DNA of 64,000 bases. Origin: Lytechinus pictus (lineage: Eukaryota). Shown here piece after piece: positions 62,541 through 64,000 of the stretch (its first letter is position 1; every line of letters begins with the position of its first letter). The stretch lies in NCBI RefSeq assembly GCF_037042905.1, contig NC_087256.1, positions 18,724,001-18,788,000 of the forward strand, read 5' to 3'. The notes under the pieces are model-generated. The model worked only from the letters and a program-made list of their open reading frames with translations, was not told the DNA's origin and did not search any database. The translations under genes and the position numbers were made by a program.

Positions 62541-64000
62541 GTAAAGGTCATTTTTACTAAAATCTAAATCCACTCGCCTAAATTTCTTAGAGAGGTTTTC
62601 CTGACATAGCAACACTCAATTTATGTAAACCGGATTATAAACCCCAAGCCTCATTGACTATGAAGCAGGTGAATAGAATGGCCCATCTCTTTGTGCTCGT
62701 AGATGAAAGGTGCATTTTGTTTGACAAAGTCTTTTACAACATATCTCCTTGTACTTCTTAAATTTTATGCTATTCTTGTGCCCTGTACATGTATGAAATA
62801 TTCATTATTGATAAAACCCTAGTGGGATCTCTAGGAAAACCAACTGCATGTAGGCTATCATCATACACTGTTAGCTACATATTGTGACAATCATCAAGCA
62901 ATACTACGTGCATTCCAACAGTTTCATTTCTTTTTAATTGAAAGCACCAGACAAATATTTTGTACATGTGGGACCAGGAAGTAATTTGACCTCTAATTAA
63001 CATATTTGTACACATACATGTAAATAAGGAAACGGAGATGAAGAGCACACTGCTTCCTTCATGTATACACAATTCATTAGTACTTTGTATGACAGTATAG
63101 ATAGTTAGAAATGCACTGAGTGCTGGAAGGGCAGCTCAAGCTGAAGCCAGGGTAGTGTGCCCCGGAAATATTATTTCTAGATAGATGGCACCATACACAT
63201 GTAAATGCCTATTATTTTTATCATTATTATTATTATTGTTAAATCATTATAACTATTGTAATCAACTTAGCTGAAAATTATGAACACTGCCTAGACAGGT
63301 CTTGTTTTGAGAAAAGTAAACTGCCTTCTGAATGTGATCTGACAAATGTTAAGCATATGATGAGGATGCCAATGAAAAACAAATTACCACCCTGAAATCT
63401 GATAGAAGTTTAACTTTGCCCCCCAAAATGGCAGTTATTTTGTATATATCAATATCAATGGTGGATAGAGCTTCCACTCGCTCTTTTGAGACCACCGGAA
63501 ACAATAAAAGTACTCCAAAAGATCAAGCACGCACAAAGTTCCACACTTTTTCTAATGTGTATGCCAGTGCGTACGTGGAGTACCTACATGTAGCATTTTA
63601 GTATGGCCCCATATACTGTTTATTGTGTCATGGAGTTCTTTTCCTCAGCCTCAAAGGTTGTGTGTGTGAGGAATTGCGTGCGTACATACAAGCTCCATCC
63701 AGCTTATGGATATCAAAGATATTTCCTGCTATTATATGCTTTTCACATTGCATTTCCTTAACCCCATACTATCGTTTTTTTTATTCACACTGTCTTTCTT
63801 AACCCCATACTATCTGCTTAGCCGGGGTTAACGCCTTAACCCCGGACTATCCCACAGCTCATGAATATTGATTATTTTACCATACAGAGCGTGATTAACG
63901 TGCAATTTCGACTTCTGTGATTGGCTAAATTGCTTAGCCCCACTTTTCCTTAGCCCAGTTTCGTTTCACACTGCATCTCTTAGCACCGCAATTGTGGTGC

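Overview
Repeat-rich animal genomic DNA; the repeat families and gene style fit a sea urchin, which is an inference. There are two host genes: an intronless class A GPCR (8371-9942) with a 31-aa tandem repeat in its third intracellular loop, and the 5' part of EXOC6/Sec15 (56896 onward) with two homologous alternative first coding exons. The central 33 kb is a nested transposon complex. A TTAA-flanked Kolobok-like MITE (17951-51197) is split by two large CMC/EnSpm-type elements inserted at TA sites 116 bp apart. The first (18258-43153, 24.9 kb, CACTCT...AGAGTG termini) looks structurally complete. It carries a 10-coding-exon, 551-aa SAM-domain/SAMD3-like gene, with an intact single-exon 837-aa zinc-finger transposase on the same strand inside its second coding intron. 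A perfect GTGAGT donor directly follows the transposase stop codon, suggesting that one transcript makes either product by splice-site choice. The second element (43270-51041, CCC...GGG termini) is non-coding and has GACGTC-rich subterminal arrays. The remainder is LINE fragments, tRNA-derived SINEs, many MITEs, a Helentron-like element carrying X-box motifs, and microsatellites. All family assignments come from motif recognition, not database searches.
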